64,000 nucleotides of DNA from an uncultured Thermotogae bacterium (lineage in GTDB: Bacteria > Bipolaricaulota > Bipolaricaulia > UBA7950 > UBA9294): positions 9,397 through 73,396 of the forward strand of contig CAZMYM010000007.1 of the NCBI GenBank assembly GCA_964570515.1. The letters are read 5' to 3'. Below, piece by piece: positions 46,499 through 54,715 of the stretch. Numbering within the stretch: position 1 is the first letter of the stretch; every line of letters begins with the position of its first letter. The notes under the pieces were generated by a model. It had not been told where the DNA came from and searched no databases. It saw only the letters and a program-made list of their open reading frames with translations. The translations under genes and the position numbers were made by a program.

Positions 46499-47281
46499 AT
46501 GCGAAACCGATGGTGGCAACTGCTCCTGATTGCGGCACTCGTTCTCGGCCTGGCGGCGTGTTCGTCGGAACAGCCGCCCGCTTCGACCTCCGATGAGACG
46601 GGCGAGCCTCCAACTGCAGGTGTCCCGGAGATCGAAGCGCCTGCCGAGACGGTGATCTCCGAGGCCGTTCCGCCTACGCCGGAGAGCGCGTTCACCGATG
46701 CCCTGATCGCCCTAGAGAAACTGGAGAGCTATCGCTACACGACGTCGTTCCTATTCGTTGCGGAGGGGGACGGGGAGACCGAATCCGGGTCGATGGAACT
46801 CACCGGAGTCATCGCGGGCCCCGACCGGATGCACTTGGTCATGCGGAACGTCTACGAAGACGAGTTGTTCGAGGTCATCCGAATTGAGAGCGAGGCCTGG
46901 ATGCTCGATGACGAGGGGTGGAGTCGGGTCCCTGTCCTCATCGCCAATGCCATGACGGAGGCGGCGTTGGTCTTCGCGCCGTCCGTGACCTGGAATGGAC
47001 TGCTTGGAGAACTCCAACCGGACGCGTCCTACGTCGGCAAGGATGTTGTGAACGGAGTCCCCGCCGACCATTACACGGCGACGTACACGCAGTGGGGCGG
47101 CTACTGGCCGGGCGAGCTGATCGACGCTGCCGGAGACGTCTGGATTGCCGAGGCCGGCTATCCCGTGAGATACCACTTCTCCGCGACAGGGATCGACGAG
47201 GACGGCAGCCGCGGCGCCGTCACATGGGCGATGGATCTGACGGACGTCAACGCTCCCCTCACGATCGAGCCGCCGATGTAG
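46499..47281 (+). CDS. Hypothetical lipoprotein
   Basis: AAGGAG SD; lipobox 'LVLGLAACSS'. Confidence 0.7.
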   Translation: MRNRWWQLLLIAALVLGLAACSSEQPPASTSDETGEPPTAGVPEIEAPAETVISEAVPPTPESAFTDALIALEKLESYRYTTSFLFVAEGDGETESGSMELTGVIAGPDRMHLVMRNVYEDELFEVIRIESEAWMLDDEGWSRVPVLIANAMTEAALVFAPSVTWNGLLGELQPDASYVGKDVVNGVPADHYTATYTQWGGYWPGELIDAAGDVWIAEAGYPVRYHFSATGIDEDGSRGAVTWAMDLTDVNAPLTIEPPM

Positions 47282-47354
47282 GGTCGCGAAGCCCGGGACG
47301 GGCTCATGCTCAAGCGCAAGCAGGGCCAAGGACTCGTCGCGCCGTCCGGGCCGG

Positions 47355-49058
47355 TCACTCAACCGCCTTTGTGTCGGTCTCGCATCTCGTCGTCCCTCGT
47401 GCGAAGAGCCAGAACATCGCCGAGGTCAGGACGCACAGCCCAGCGAACATCCAGACCCACCAGGGAAAACCCAACAGCCAGAGCCGATCTGAACCCCAAT
47501 TCCAAACATCGTTTCCCAGGAAGAAGACCGCGCAGAACGCCAGGGTCCAGCCGACCTTGGCGCGATGGCTCATCGGAATCCAGCGGCGGCAGGGTCGCCG
47601 CCAGGAGACGGAGTGCGTCAGCAGGCTGACGAGGATCAACACGGCGGTGCCGCCGAGTAGGATCGGAATCACCGGCAGCGTGCCGAACGTCGGCAGCAGC
47701 TTGAAGTAGTAGGCGACGACAAGCCCTTCACCGACGAGAATCGACACGACGCCGCCGACCGACGTCATCCGTTTCCAGTACAGAGCTCCGATCACGACGG
47801 GAAAGAGGACGGCGAGGCCGGTGAACGTCTGCGTCGCGATCACGCGGAAGCTCGCCGGCGGGCGATAGGCGATCGCGAGCCCGATCAACGCCAGGGCGAC
47901 GACGAACGCTTTGCCGACCCAAGGCGACAGTGGCCGTTCGATCGCTTTTCCGTTCGCGGCGATTCTCGCCGCGCGTGCCGCGCGGCGATTCCAGATCGGT
48001 TGGACGACGTCGTGAGTGAACATGGAGGACAGCGTCAGGAGCTGCGAATCGAGGGTCGACATCAACGCGGCGAGGGCCGCGGTCAGCACGAGCGCCTCGA
48101 CGATGCCCGGCGCGTGTGCGTGGAGCATCAGGGGCAGGATCTGGTCGGCGCCGACCCCTTCGGGAAGGACAGGGAAGCTCAGTCGTCCCAGAACACCGAT
48201 GGTGACCGGCAGGAGGAACAGGAAGCCGGTGAGCAGCGGGTAGAGCGCGACCGTTGTCGACAGGGCGCGCGGCCCGCGGCCGGCGTAGAACCGCTGGAAG
48301 AGCTGCGGGAACATCGGATCGGCGAGGAACCACAGAAGCATGTATCCCAGCCAGATTCCGGGCGCGTAAAGGCCGCCCAGCCCGGGCCGCGAGAAGAGTT
48401 CGGGAACCGACGAGGCGACGGCCTGGTTCGCCTCGGTCAGCCCGCCGAACGGCGCAGCGATGAACGCGACGGCGACGACGAGGAGACTGATCATCATTCC
48501 GCCCTGCAGGGCGTCGGTCCACGACACGCCGCGGAATCCGCCGAGGAACGTGTACAGAAGCATCACCGCGGTGATCAGCGCGGCCCCGGCGAAGTAGGGG
48601 ATTCCCAGGAGCGTATGAAGTGCGTAGCCGGCCGCCATCGGCTGCATCGCAAGATAGGGAATGGTGAAGACCGTCATCACGACGAAGAAGAGGAGGCGCA
48701 AGCTTGAACTCCCGGTCAAGTGGTGGACGAGCTCCGGGGGCGTGATCAGGCCATGCTCCTTGCCCAGCCTCCATGCGGGCAAGCCTATGAGCAGGAAGGT
48801 GAGCGCCATGAACCCTGTGCCGAACGCCATGATTGGGTAGTAGGCGTAGCCCGCCTCCCAGCCGGCGCCGGCGAAACCGAAGACGGTGAACGCGCTGAAA
48901 TTCGTTGCCGCCATCGTCAAGAAGAGGATGAGTGCCGGCGTTGTTCTCGATGCGACGAAGTAATCTTCGAGGCCTCGCCGTGCGCGGCTCCGCGCCGCCC
49001 ACCCGATCCCGAGCAAGATCAAGAAGTACCCGACGACCACGGCAATCCGCGTACCCAT
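47355..49058 (-). CDS. Sodium:solute symporter (SSS family) with a fused C-terminal 2-TM DUF3311-like extension
   Basis: SSS pattern 'DYFVASR...', ~13 TM, plus the tail '...WLLGFPWWVWMFAGLCVLTSAMFWLF'. The ATG at 49058 is preceded by GGAGGU. Confidence 0.88.
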   Translation of the reverse strand: MGTRIAVVVGYFLILLGIGWAARSRARRGLEDYFVASRTTPALILFLTMAATNFSAFTVFGFAGAGWEAGYAYYPIMAFGTGFMALTFLLIGLPAWRLGKEHGLITPPELVHHLTGSSSLRLLFFVVMTVFTIPYLAMQPMAAGYALHTLLGIPYFAGAALITAVMLLYTFLGGFRGVSWTDALQGGMMISLLVVAVAFIAAPFGGLTEANQAVASSVPELFSRPGLGGLYAPGIWLGYMLLWFLADPMFPQLFQRFYAGRGPRALSTTVALYPLLTGFLFLLPVTIGVLGRLSFPVLPEGVGADQILPLMLHAHAPGIVEALVLTAALAALMSTLDSQLLTLSSMFTHDVVQPIWNRRAARAARIAANGKAIERPLSPWVGKAFVVALALIGLAIAYRPPASFRVIATQTFTGLAVLFPVVIGALYWKRMTSVGGVVSILVGEGLVVAYYFKLLPTFGTLPVIPILLGGTAVLILVSLLTHSVSWRRPCRRWIPMSHRAKVGWTLAFCAVFFLGNDVWNWGSDRLWLLGFPWWVWMFAGLCVLTSAMFWLFARGTTRCETDTKAVE

Positions 49059-49082
49059 ACGCACCTCCGCATGAATGAGAAA

Positions 49083-49109
49083 CGCCACCCGGCCAGAGGC
49101 TGGATGGCG
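49083..49109 (-). terminator. Terminator/attenuator-like hairpin inside the symporter 5' leader
   Basis: Minus strand: CGCCAUCCAGCC-UCU-GGCCGGGUGGCG (12-bp stem with 1 mismatch and 1 GU pair), followed by UUUCUCAUUCAU and then the SD and ATG. Confidence 0.45.
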
Positions 49110-49331
49110 CGTGCCTGACATACCTCGGCGCGGAGTATCACACAGGAGGCGTGCGGCGGGCAAGGCCAGGCGTCCGTCGACTGTGCGCGCCGGCGACCAC
49201 CGTTACGTCGAACCCAACGCGCAGGCGCTCCACTGCGTTGGCGAAACGCTGCGGTGATAGGTGGACAGAGAGAAGCAGCCCCTTCAAACGGGTACACTTG
49301 TCCTGTTGATCGCGACACACGAGGAGGGACG

Positions 49332-50225
49332 ATGGACAACCGGTTACTCCAGGGTGTCTTCCCGCCGATTCCGACCCCGTTTGATGCGGCCGGCGCAGTC
49401 GATCGCGAGGCTCTGCGGCGGAATCTCCAATGGTGGAATCGTCACGATCTCTCCGGCTACGTCGTGCTCGGCTCCAACGGGGAGTCCGTCCACCTCACTG
49501 AGGCCGAGAAGCTCCAGATGATCGCGGACGTTCGCGCCGAGGCGCCCGATGACCACCTCATCATTGCGGGGACCGCTCTGCTCTCGACCGAGGCCACGAT
49601 CGATCTCACCGAACGGGCGGCCGAGGCTGGAGCCGACGCAGCTCTCATCCTCCCGCCCTTCTACTACCGCGGGCAGATGACATCGGCAGCGCTTGTGGAG
49701 CACTTCGGCGCAGTCGCTGAGGCGTCGCCGATTCCGATCGTCCTGTACAACATGCCGGCCAACACGGGGATTGACATGGAGGCTTCCCTCGTGATTGAGC
49801 TCTCGCGGTACGCGAACATCGTCGGCATCAAGGACTCCGCTGGGAACGTTGCGAAGCTGGCCGAGGTGCGCCATTCCGTCGATGCTGGCTTCGCAGTGTT
49901 GGCGGGATCGGCAGGCTTCTTCTTGCCGGCCCTGGCCGTCGGAGCCGACGGAGGCATCCTCGCCCTGGCGAACATCGGCCCGTCGATCTGCATCGAGATC
50001 TTCCAGGCGTCCCGACGCGGTGCGTGGGACGAGGCCAGAGCGCTCCAGAACCGGGTCGTGCATGCCAACGCCGCGGTGACGAGACGATGGGGCGTTCCGG
50101 GGCTCAAGGCGGCGATGGACATGCTCGGGCTCACTGGCGGAGCGTCTCGCCGCCCGCTGCCGCCGCTCTCCGACGAAGCGCGCGCTGAGCTGAGCGAGAT
50201 CCTGACCGATGCCGGCATTCTGTAA
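49332..50225 (+). CDS. DapA/NAL-family (dihydrodipicolinate synthase-like) lyase
   Basis: 'GVFPPIPTPF...VLGSNGES...LPPFYY...VGIKDSAG' (Schiff-base Lys). The ATG follows GAGGAGG. Confidence 0.88.
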   Translation: MDNRLLQGVFPPIPTPFDAAGAVDREALRRNLQWWNRHDLSGYVVLGSNGESVHLTEAEKLQMIADVRAEAPDDHLIIAGTALLSTEATIDLTERAAEAGADAALILPPFYYRGQMTSAALVEHFGAVAEASPIPIVLYNMPANTGIDMEASLVIELSRYANIVGIKDSAGNVAKLAEVRHSVDAGFAVLAGSAGFFLPALAVGADGGILALANIGPSICIEIFQASRRGAWDEARALQNRVVHANAAVTRRWGVPGLKAAMDMLGLTGGASRRPLPPLSDEARAELSEILTDAGIL

Positions 50226-50234
50226 GGAGATGAG

Positions 50235-51407
50235 ATGAGAGACCGTCCGCTGCTGATGATCCCAGGCCCGATCGAGTTCGAGCCCGACGTCCTTCGAGCG
50301 CTTGGCGCGCCGACGACGAGTCACGTTGCGCCGGAGTTCATCGAGACGTTCGGCCGGGCGCTCGAGCGGATGCGCGAGGTCTGGCGCGCCCCGACCGGGC
50401 AGCCGTTCATCTTCGCCGGGTCGGGGACGCTCGCGATGGACGTGGCCGGAGCGAATCTGATCGAGTCGGGCGATCGAGCCCTTGTGCTGAGCACCGGCGT
50501 CTTTGGCGACCGGTTCGAGGACTTGCTGTCGCGCTACGGCGCCGACGTGACGACGCTCCGTGTCCCGGTCGGGGACACCATCGACTTCGCGGAGGTTGAT
50601 GACGCGCTCAACTCACGAGACTACAAGTTGATGACCGCCACGCACGTGGATACCTCGACCGGCGTTCGTGTCGACGCCGAGCGCTTCGGGGCACTGGGGC
50701 GGGCGCACGACGTCTTCACCGTCCTCGACGGCGTCTGCTCGGTCGCCGGCGAAGATCTCAGGCAAGAAGAGTGGGGGATCGATGTCGTGCTGACCGCGTC
50801 GCAGAAGGCGATCGGCGTTCCGCCGGGACTCGCCCTCCTCGTGGCCAGCCAGAAGGTTCTGTGCGCGTGGGGCAAGCGCAGGACGAAGGTTGCGAACTAC
50901 TACGTCGATTGGGCGAAGTGGCTGCCGATCATGGCCTCCTACGAGAAGCGTGTGCCGAGCTACTTCGGGACCCCGGCGGTCAATCTCGTGTGCGCACTCG
51001 ACGTGAGCCTGGGACAGATCCTCGATGAGGGGATGGACGTTCGGGTCGCGCGACACGAGCGCATCGGACGGGCTTGCCGGGCGGCGATAGGCGCCCTCGG
51101 GCTCAGCCAGGTGCCGACGGACCTCGGTCATGCGGCGAACACGCTGAGCGCGCCACGATATCCGGCCGATGTCTCCGCCTCCGATCTTCTTCCTCGCGTT
51201 CGCGCCGCCGGAGCGATTCTGGCCGGGGGCCTCCATCCAAAGATCAGGTCCGAGTACTTCCGGATCGGCCACATGGGCGCGACGAACGCCGGCGACCTGC
51301 TTGCCACGATCGGCGCACTCGAGGCCGGACTGAGTGAGGTCGGATGCGAGATCGAGATCGGAGCGGGGGGCGCCGCCGTGCAGGCCGTGCTCGTCGGCGA
51401 AGCGTAG
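50235..51407 (+). CDS. Class V aminotransferase (alanine-glyoxylate/serine-pyruvate type)
   Basis: 'LMIPGPIEFEPDV...', 'TASQKAIGVPPGLALL' (PLP Lys), 'RIGHMG'. Confidence 0.88.
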   Translation: MRDRPLLMIPGPIEFEPDVLRALGAPTTSHVAPEFIETFGRALERMREVWRAPTGQPFIFAGSGTLAMDVAGANLIESGDRALVLSTGVFGDRFEDLLSRYGADVTTLRVPVGDTIDFAEVDDALNSRDYKLMTATHVDTSTGVRVDAERFGALGRAHDVFTVLDGVCSVAGEDLRQEEWGIDVVLTASQKAIGVPPGLALLVASQKVLCAWGKRRTKVANYYVDWAKWLPIMASYEKRVPSYFGTPAVNLVCALDVSLGQILDEGMDVRVARHERIGRACRAAIGALGLSQVPTDLGHAANTLSAPRYPADVSASDLLPRVRAAGAILAGGLHPKIRSEYFRIGHMGATNAGDLLATIGALEAGLSEVGCEIEIGAGGAAVQAVLVGEA

Positions 51408-51503
51408 GGATCGGCTTCGCAGTTCGGTTCCTTGTTCCTGACCGTCGGATCGGCTATCAAGTACGCTGCATCGATCGGACGACAATCGGGAGGGACGCAT
51501 CGG

Positions 51504-52361
51504 ATGTTCGGTAGACGAAGAAAGAACAAGAAGCCGAAGAAGCCTGCAGTGATCCTGCGAATCGCGTGGCGATGGGGATACAAGCCGGGGCGCGTGATGA
51601 CCGAAGTCCTCGAGTGGACCGAAGTTGGAGTCGTCGCGCTGGCGCTGGCGGCCGTCATCATGATCTTCGTCACCGTGCGCATGCACGTGCCGACGGGGTC
51701 GATGATCCCCACGATCGACCCGAAAGATTCGTTCTTCGTCGATCGGATTACCTACTACTTCCGCGATCCGAAACCGGGGGATGTCGTCGTCTTCCGCCAC
51801 ACCGAGCAGGTCTCGGTCGGTCGGGTCCTCGAAGGTTCTCCGGCAGCGGAAGCCGGCATCGAGGCCGGCCAGCGTCTGCTGTTCCTGAACACCGAGCCGG
51901 TGTACACTAGAGCGTTCGCAGAGGATGTCCTCGCCGCGTGGCCCGAAGGCACGGAGCTGCGCTTGACGACGACCGAAGGCGGGCGCTACGAGCTGGGTGC
52001 GAAGGCGGCCGGCGCCGAGTCGTTCGAGGACCTCGGGATCGTCGTCCGCGAGAAGCGGATGCGCTACGTGAAACGGCTGATCGCGATCGGCGGACAGACC
52101 GTCCAGATCGTGGATGGCGACGTTTACGTCGACGGAGAGCGGCTCGAAGGTAGACGCTTCGATCGAACGTACGTTTCGAGCGACTCACGCTTCAACTTCG
52201 GGATCGCGCCGACCGTCGTTCCCGAGGATCACTACTTCATGCTCGGAGACAACTCGGCCGATTCGTTCGATTCGCGCTACTGGGGATTCGTCGACGATCG
52301 CGACATCATCGGCGTTCCGTACTTGCGCGTCTGGCCGATCACAAGATTCGGCCCGATGTAG
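51504..52361 (+). CDS. lepB: Signal peptidase I with an ~85-aa PDZ-like insertion
   Basis: 'VPTGSMIPT' (Ser), 'GDVVVF', 'YVKRLIAIGG' (Lys), 'FMLGDNSADSFDSRYWG'. The insertion 'VGRVLEGSPAAEAGIEAGQRLLFLN...' lies between boxes C and D. Confidence 0.88.
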   Translation: MFGRRRKNKKPKKPAVILRIAWRWGYKPGRVMTEVLEWTEVGVVALALAAVIMIFVTVRMHVPTGSMIPTIDPKDSFFVDRITYYFRDPKPGDVVVFRHTEQVSVGRVLEGSPAAEAGIEAGQRLLFLNTEPVYTRAFAEDVLAAWPEGTELRLTTTEGGRYELGAKAAGAESFEDLGIVVREKRMRYVKRLIAIGGQTVQIVDGDVYVDGERLEGRRFDRTYVSSDSRFNFGIAPTVVPEDHYFMLGDNSADSFDSRYWGFVDDRDIIGVPYLRVWPITRFGPM

Positions 52362-52387
52362 GTCGTCTCGCGGGGTTCCGATCGGTC

Positions 52388-53428
52388 CTAGTTCTCGGAT
52401 CCTGCATTCTCCAGCTCGGTAGATGTGTAGATGGCATCGGCGACGGGCTCCGAGTCCAGGAGCCGGTCGATCGCTTCGACCATCGTTGGGTGCGTTCGCA
52501 TGTCGATGTGATCCAATCCGATGCAGGCGATGTTTTCGGCACCCGGCAGATAGGCCGACGACATCAAGATCACCAGATCGTGCCCGGCCCAGTCGAGCCC
52601 CTCTTCGACGCATTCCCTGCGACACACGTCGACGTCGCCTCGGACCGAACAGCCGAATCCTAGGCAGCTTTGGCCTGCCATCGACACATAGCGAACGTCG
52701 GTGTGAAGGGCCGCCGCCTCATCCCCGGCGCCCTCGTTGAGGAGAGCGAGGAACGGGCTCTCCGGATCGAGTTGTCTCGGCAGCGGGCCGAACCATGGGC
52801 CGAGCGCGGCGAACTCCGCCCCATGATGCGGAGCCGCAATCGTGATCAGGGTTCGGACATCGCCTCGATACACCGTGTCGTAGTCTTCGTACTCCGGGTT
52901 TCCAAGGACCGCATCGAAGTCCATGGCCTCGATGTAGCAGCGGGCGACGAGCGCCCCCATGCTGAAGGCGACCAGGTGGACCTCATCGACACTCCCGTTG
53001 TCCGTGATCCAGGCAATCTCGTCGGAGAGGCGCGCGGCATAAAAGCGTAGGTCGCGAACCGTTGGCTCGTATGGCATCGCGTAGTCGCTGAAGAAGACGT
53101 CCTGCCCCCCACCGTCGGACGACGAGAGGAAGTACAACGAGTGTTCGGCGCCGAGTGAGAGTCTCTCGATGTGGGCGAGGCTTCGCCCGCTCAGTTTTTC
53201 CGCGACCTCCGCCCAAAGCTGGGGCGGGTAGAAGCCCGGGACCGGCTGAAACCCGTAGATGAGAAGGACGGGCGGAGATTCGCGGCTTTCCGCAGATGCT
53301 TCAACAACGGGCGGAAGGACGAGTCGCTCGACGGGATCGTTCGCGCTGTCCGTCGAAGCCGACCCCACGAGCAAGATCGCCACGGCGAGACACGCACAGC
53401 CGATGAAAGCCAGGCTACCGTTCGGCAT
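52388..53428 (-). CDS. Secreted alpha/beta-hydrolase (lipase class 2/PGAP1-like)
   Basis: Signal peptide 'FIGCACLAVAILLVGSA'; nucleophile elbow 'LVAFSMGALV'. Start taken at ATG 53428. Confidence 0.7.
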   Translation of the reverse strand: MPNGSLAFIGCACLAVAILLVGSASTDSANDPVERLVLPPVVEASAESRESPPVLLIYGFQPVPGFYPPQLWAEVAEKLSGRSLAHIERLSLGAEHSLYFLSSSDGGGQDVFFSDYAMPYEPTVRDLRFYAARLSDEIAWITDNGSVDEVHLVAFSMGALVARCYIEAMDFDAVLGNPEYEDYDTVYRGDVRTLITIAAPHHGAEFAALGPWFGPLPRQLDPESPFLALLNEGAGDEAAALHTDVRYVSMAGQSCLGFGCSVRGDVDVCRRECVEEGLDWAGHDLVILMSSAYLPGAENIACIGLDHIDMRTHPTMVEAIDRLLDSEPVADAIYTSTELENAGSEN

Positions 53429-54071
53429 TCCTCGGGACGAGCGCGATCGCGCCGGACGGGCAGCTGGAGACACAGACGCCGCAGCCGAAGCACCGGGTGA
53501 CGGCGAGGCACGGCGTTCCGTCTCCGTTTGCCGTCCACGCGTCGAAGTGGCAGCGCTCGACGCAGAGACCGCAGCCGACGCAACGCTCGACGTCGTGTTG
53601 GGCGACGTAGTTCGATTCGATGATTGCTTCGTGATAATCGTAGTCCTTGAGCTTGTTCAGGAGCCAGCAGCAGCACGAGCAACAGGAGCAGAACTGGGTG
53701 ATCTTCCCGTCGCCTTTTCGATAGGCCATGTGCACGAGTCCGGCCTCGTGGGACGCGCGGAGAGCGGCGACCGCATCCTCGTACGACACGACACGAAATC
53801 CCTCATAGCCCGCCTCCTTCATTCCCTCCACGTCTTCATCGATGACGATGCAAGCGTCCAGCGGCGCGTCGCACTTCTTGGCCTCCTTGCGGCAGTAGCA
53901 GGGGCCGAGGGCGATACGCTCTGCGCTTCGCAGGATGTCCGCGGCTTCAGGCTGGATCAGCACCGTCTGCTCGACATCGACGGTCACGTGCACCGGAATC
54001 GTCGTCGCGACGTACCCGTCGACGATCTCGGCGACGCGTTCCGAGGGGCGTTTCGGCGGGCCGTCACTCAT
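53415..54071 (-). CDS. 4Fe-4S dicluster ferredoxin-domain protein with additional Cys-rich motifs
   Basis: 'CVGCGLCVERC', 'CFGCGVCVSSCP', plus 'GPCYCR' and 'FCSCCSCCCW'. Confidence 0.75.
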   Translation of the reverse strand: MSDGPPKRPSERVAEIVDGYVATTIPVHVTVDVEQTVLIQPEAADILRSAERIALGPCYCRKEAKKCDAPLDACIVIDEDVEGMKEAGYEGFRVVSYEDAVAALRASHEAGLVHMAYRKGDGKITQFCSCCSCCCWLLNKLKDYDYHEAIIESNYVAQHDVERCVGCGLCVERCHFDAWTANGDGTPCLAVTRCFGCGVCVSSCPSGAIALVPRNAER

Positions 54072-54244
54072 GTGGGAGTCCTCTTCTTGTCTCACGTGGG
54101 ATAGTCTAGCAGATCGAGGACAGACGCTCATCGCGGATCCCGTGGCCGGTTGCTCTCGGCGGCACGGATCGGCTACCGTGGTCCCGCCGCACAGGGCGCG
54201 GCCAGGTTCCGGAGAGGTACGGACATGAACGCGAAGCGCGGCCC

Positions 54245-54661
54245 GTGCGCGAGGTGTGGTGTCAGTCGTTTCTCCGCGAGGAGCGCAACGTCCTGATCGT
54301 CGCCCTTTCGGGCAAGGAGCCGGTCGGATTTACGATTGCCTATCTCCTCGATCGAGCAGAGCGTAAGGCGCCGATGCTCCTGCTCTACGAGATCGAGGTT
54401 TCTCCGGCGCACCGCCTTCGCGGCGTCGGACGGGCGTTGATCGAGCGGCTCAAGCAGATCGGGCGCGAGCACGGCGCGTTCAAGATGTGGGTCCTCACCG
54501 ATCGTGCGAACCGCGCCGCAAGAGGACTCTACCGCTCGTGCGGAGGCGCCGAGTCTGGCGAGAACCTCTTGATCGAGTGGACAGGGTCCGACCTCGAGAC
54601 GCAGCCGGCCGACGTACCGCCCGCCCCGGATGATGCTCCGGCGTCGTCGGCTTCATCGTGA
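54245..54661 (+). CDS. GNAT-family N-acetyltransferase (short; possibly 5'-truncated)
   Basis: 'LYEIEVSPAHRLRGVGRALIERL' (acetyl-CoA motif A). Only ~25 aa precede the central beta strands. Confidence 0.6.
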   Translation: MREVWCQSFLREERNVLIVALSGKEPVGFTIAYLLDRAERKAPMLLLYEIEVSPAHRLRGVGRALIERLKQIGREHGAFKMWVLTDRANRAARGLYRSCGGAESGENLLIEWTGSDLETQPADVPPAPDDAPASSASS

Positions 54662-54715
54662 CCCGGCGTGGTCTCCTCGCTGTTCCGGATTCAATACGAA
54701 GAAACCCCAGGCGCT

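Noticed and set aside
45516-46613. 365-aa minus-strand ORF
   Set aside because: It is a Ser/Ala/Arg/Pro-rich shadow ORF opposite two plus-strand genes that have strong SDs and signal or lipobox sequences.
50613-51800. 395-aa minus-strand ORF
   Set aside because: It is antisense to the class V aminotransferase and the start of lepB, has no recognisable motifs and is Arg/Asp/Pro-rich.
54225-54296. 23-codon mini-ORF with a very good SD (GGAGAGG-N7-ATG) overlapping the GNAT start out of frame
   Set aside because: Its product 'MNAKRGPCARCGVSRFSARSATS' has no GNAT-like features, and joining it to the GNAT frame gives no sensible N-terminus. It may only indicate that the GNAT gene is 5'-degraded, which is too weak to report as a finding.
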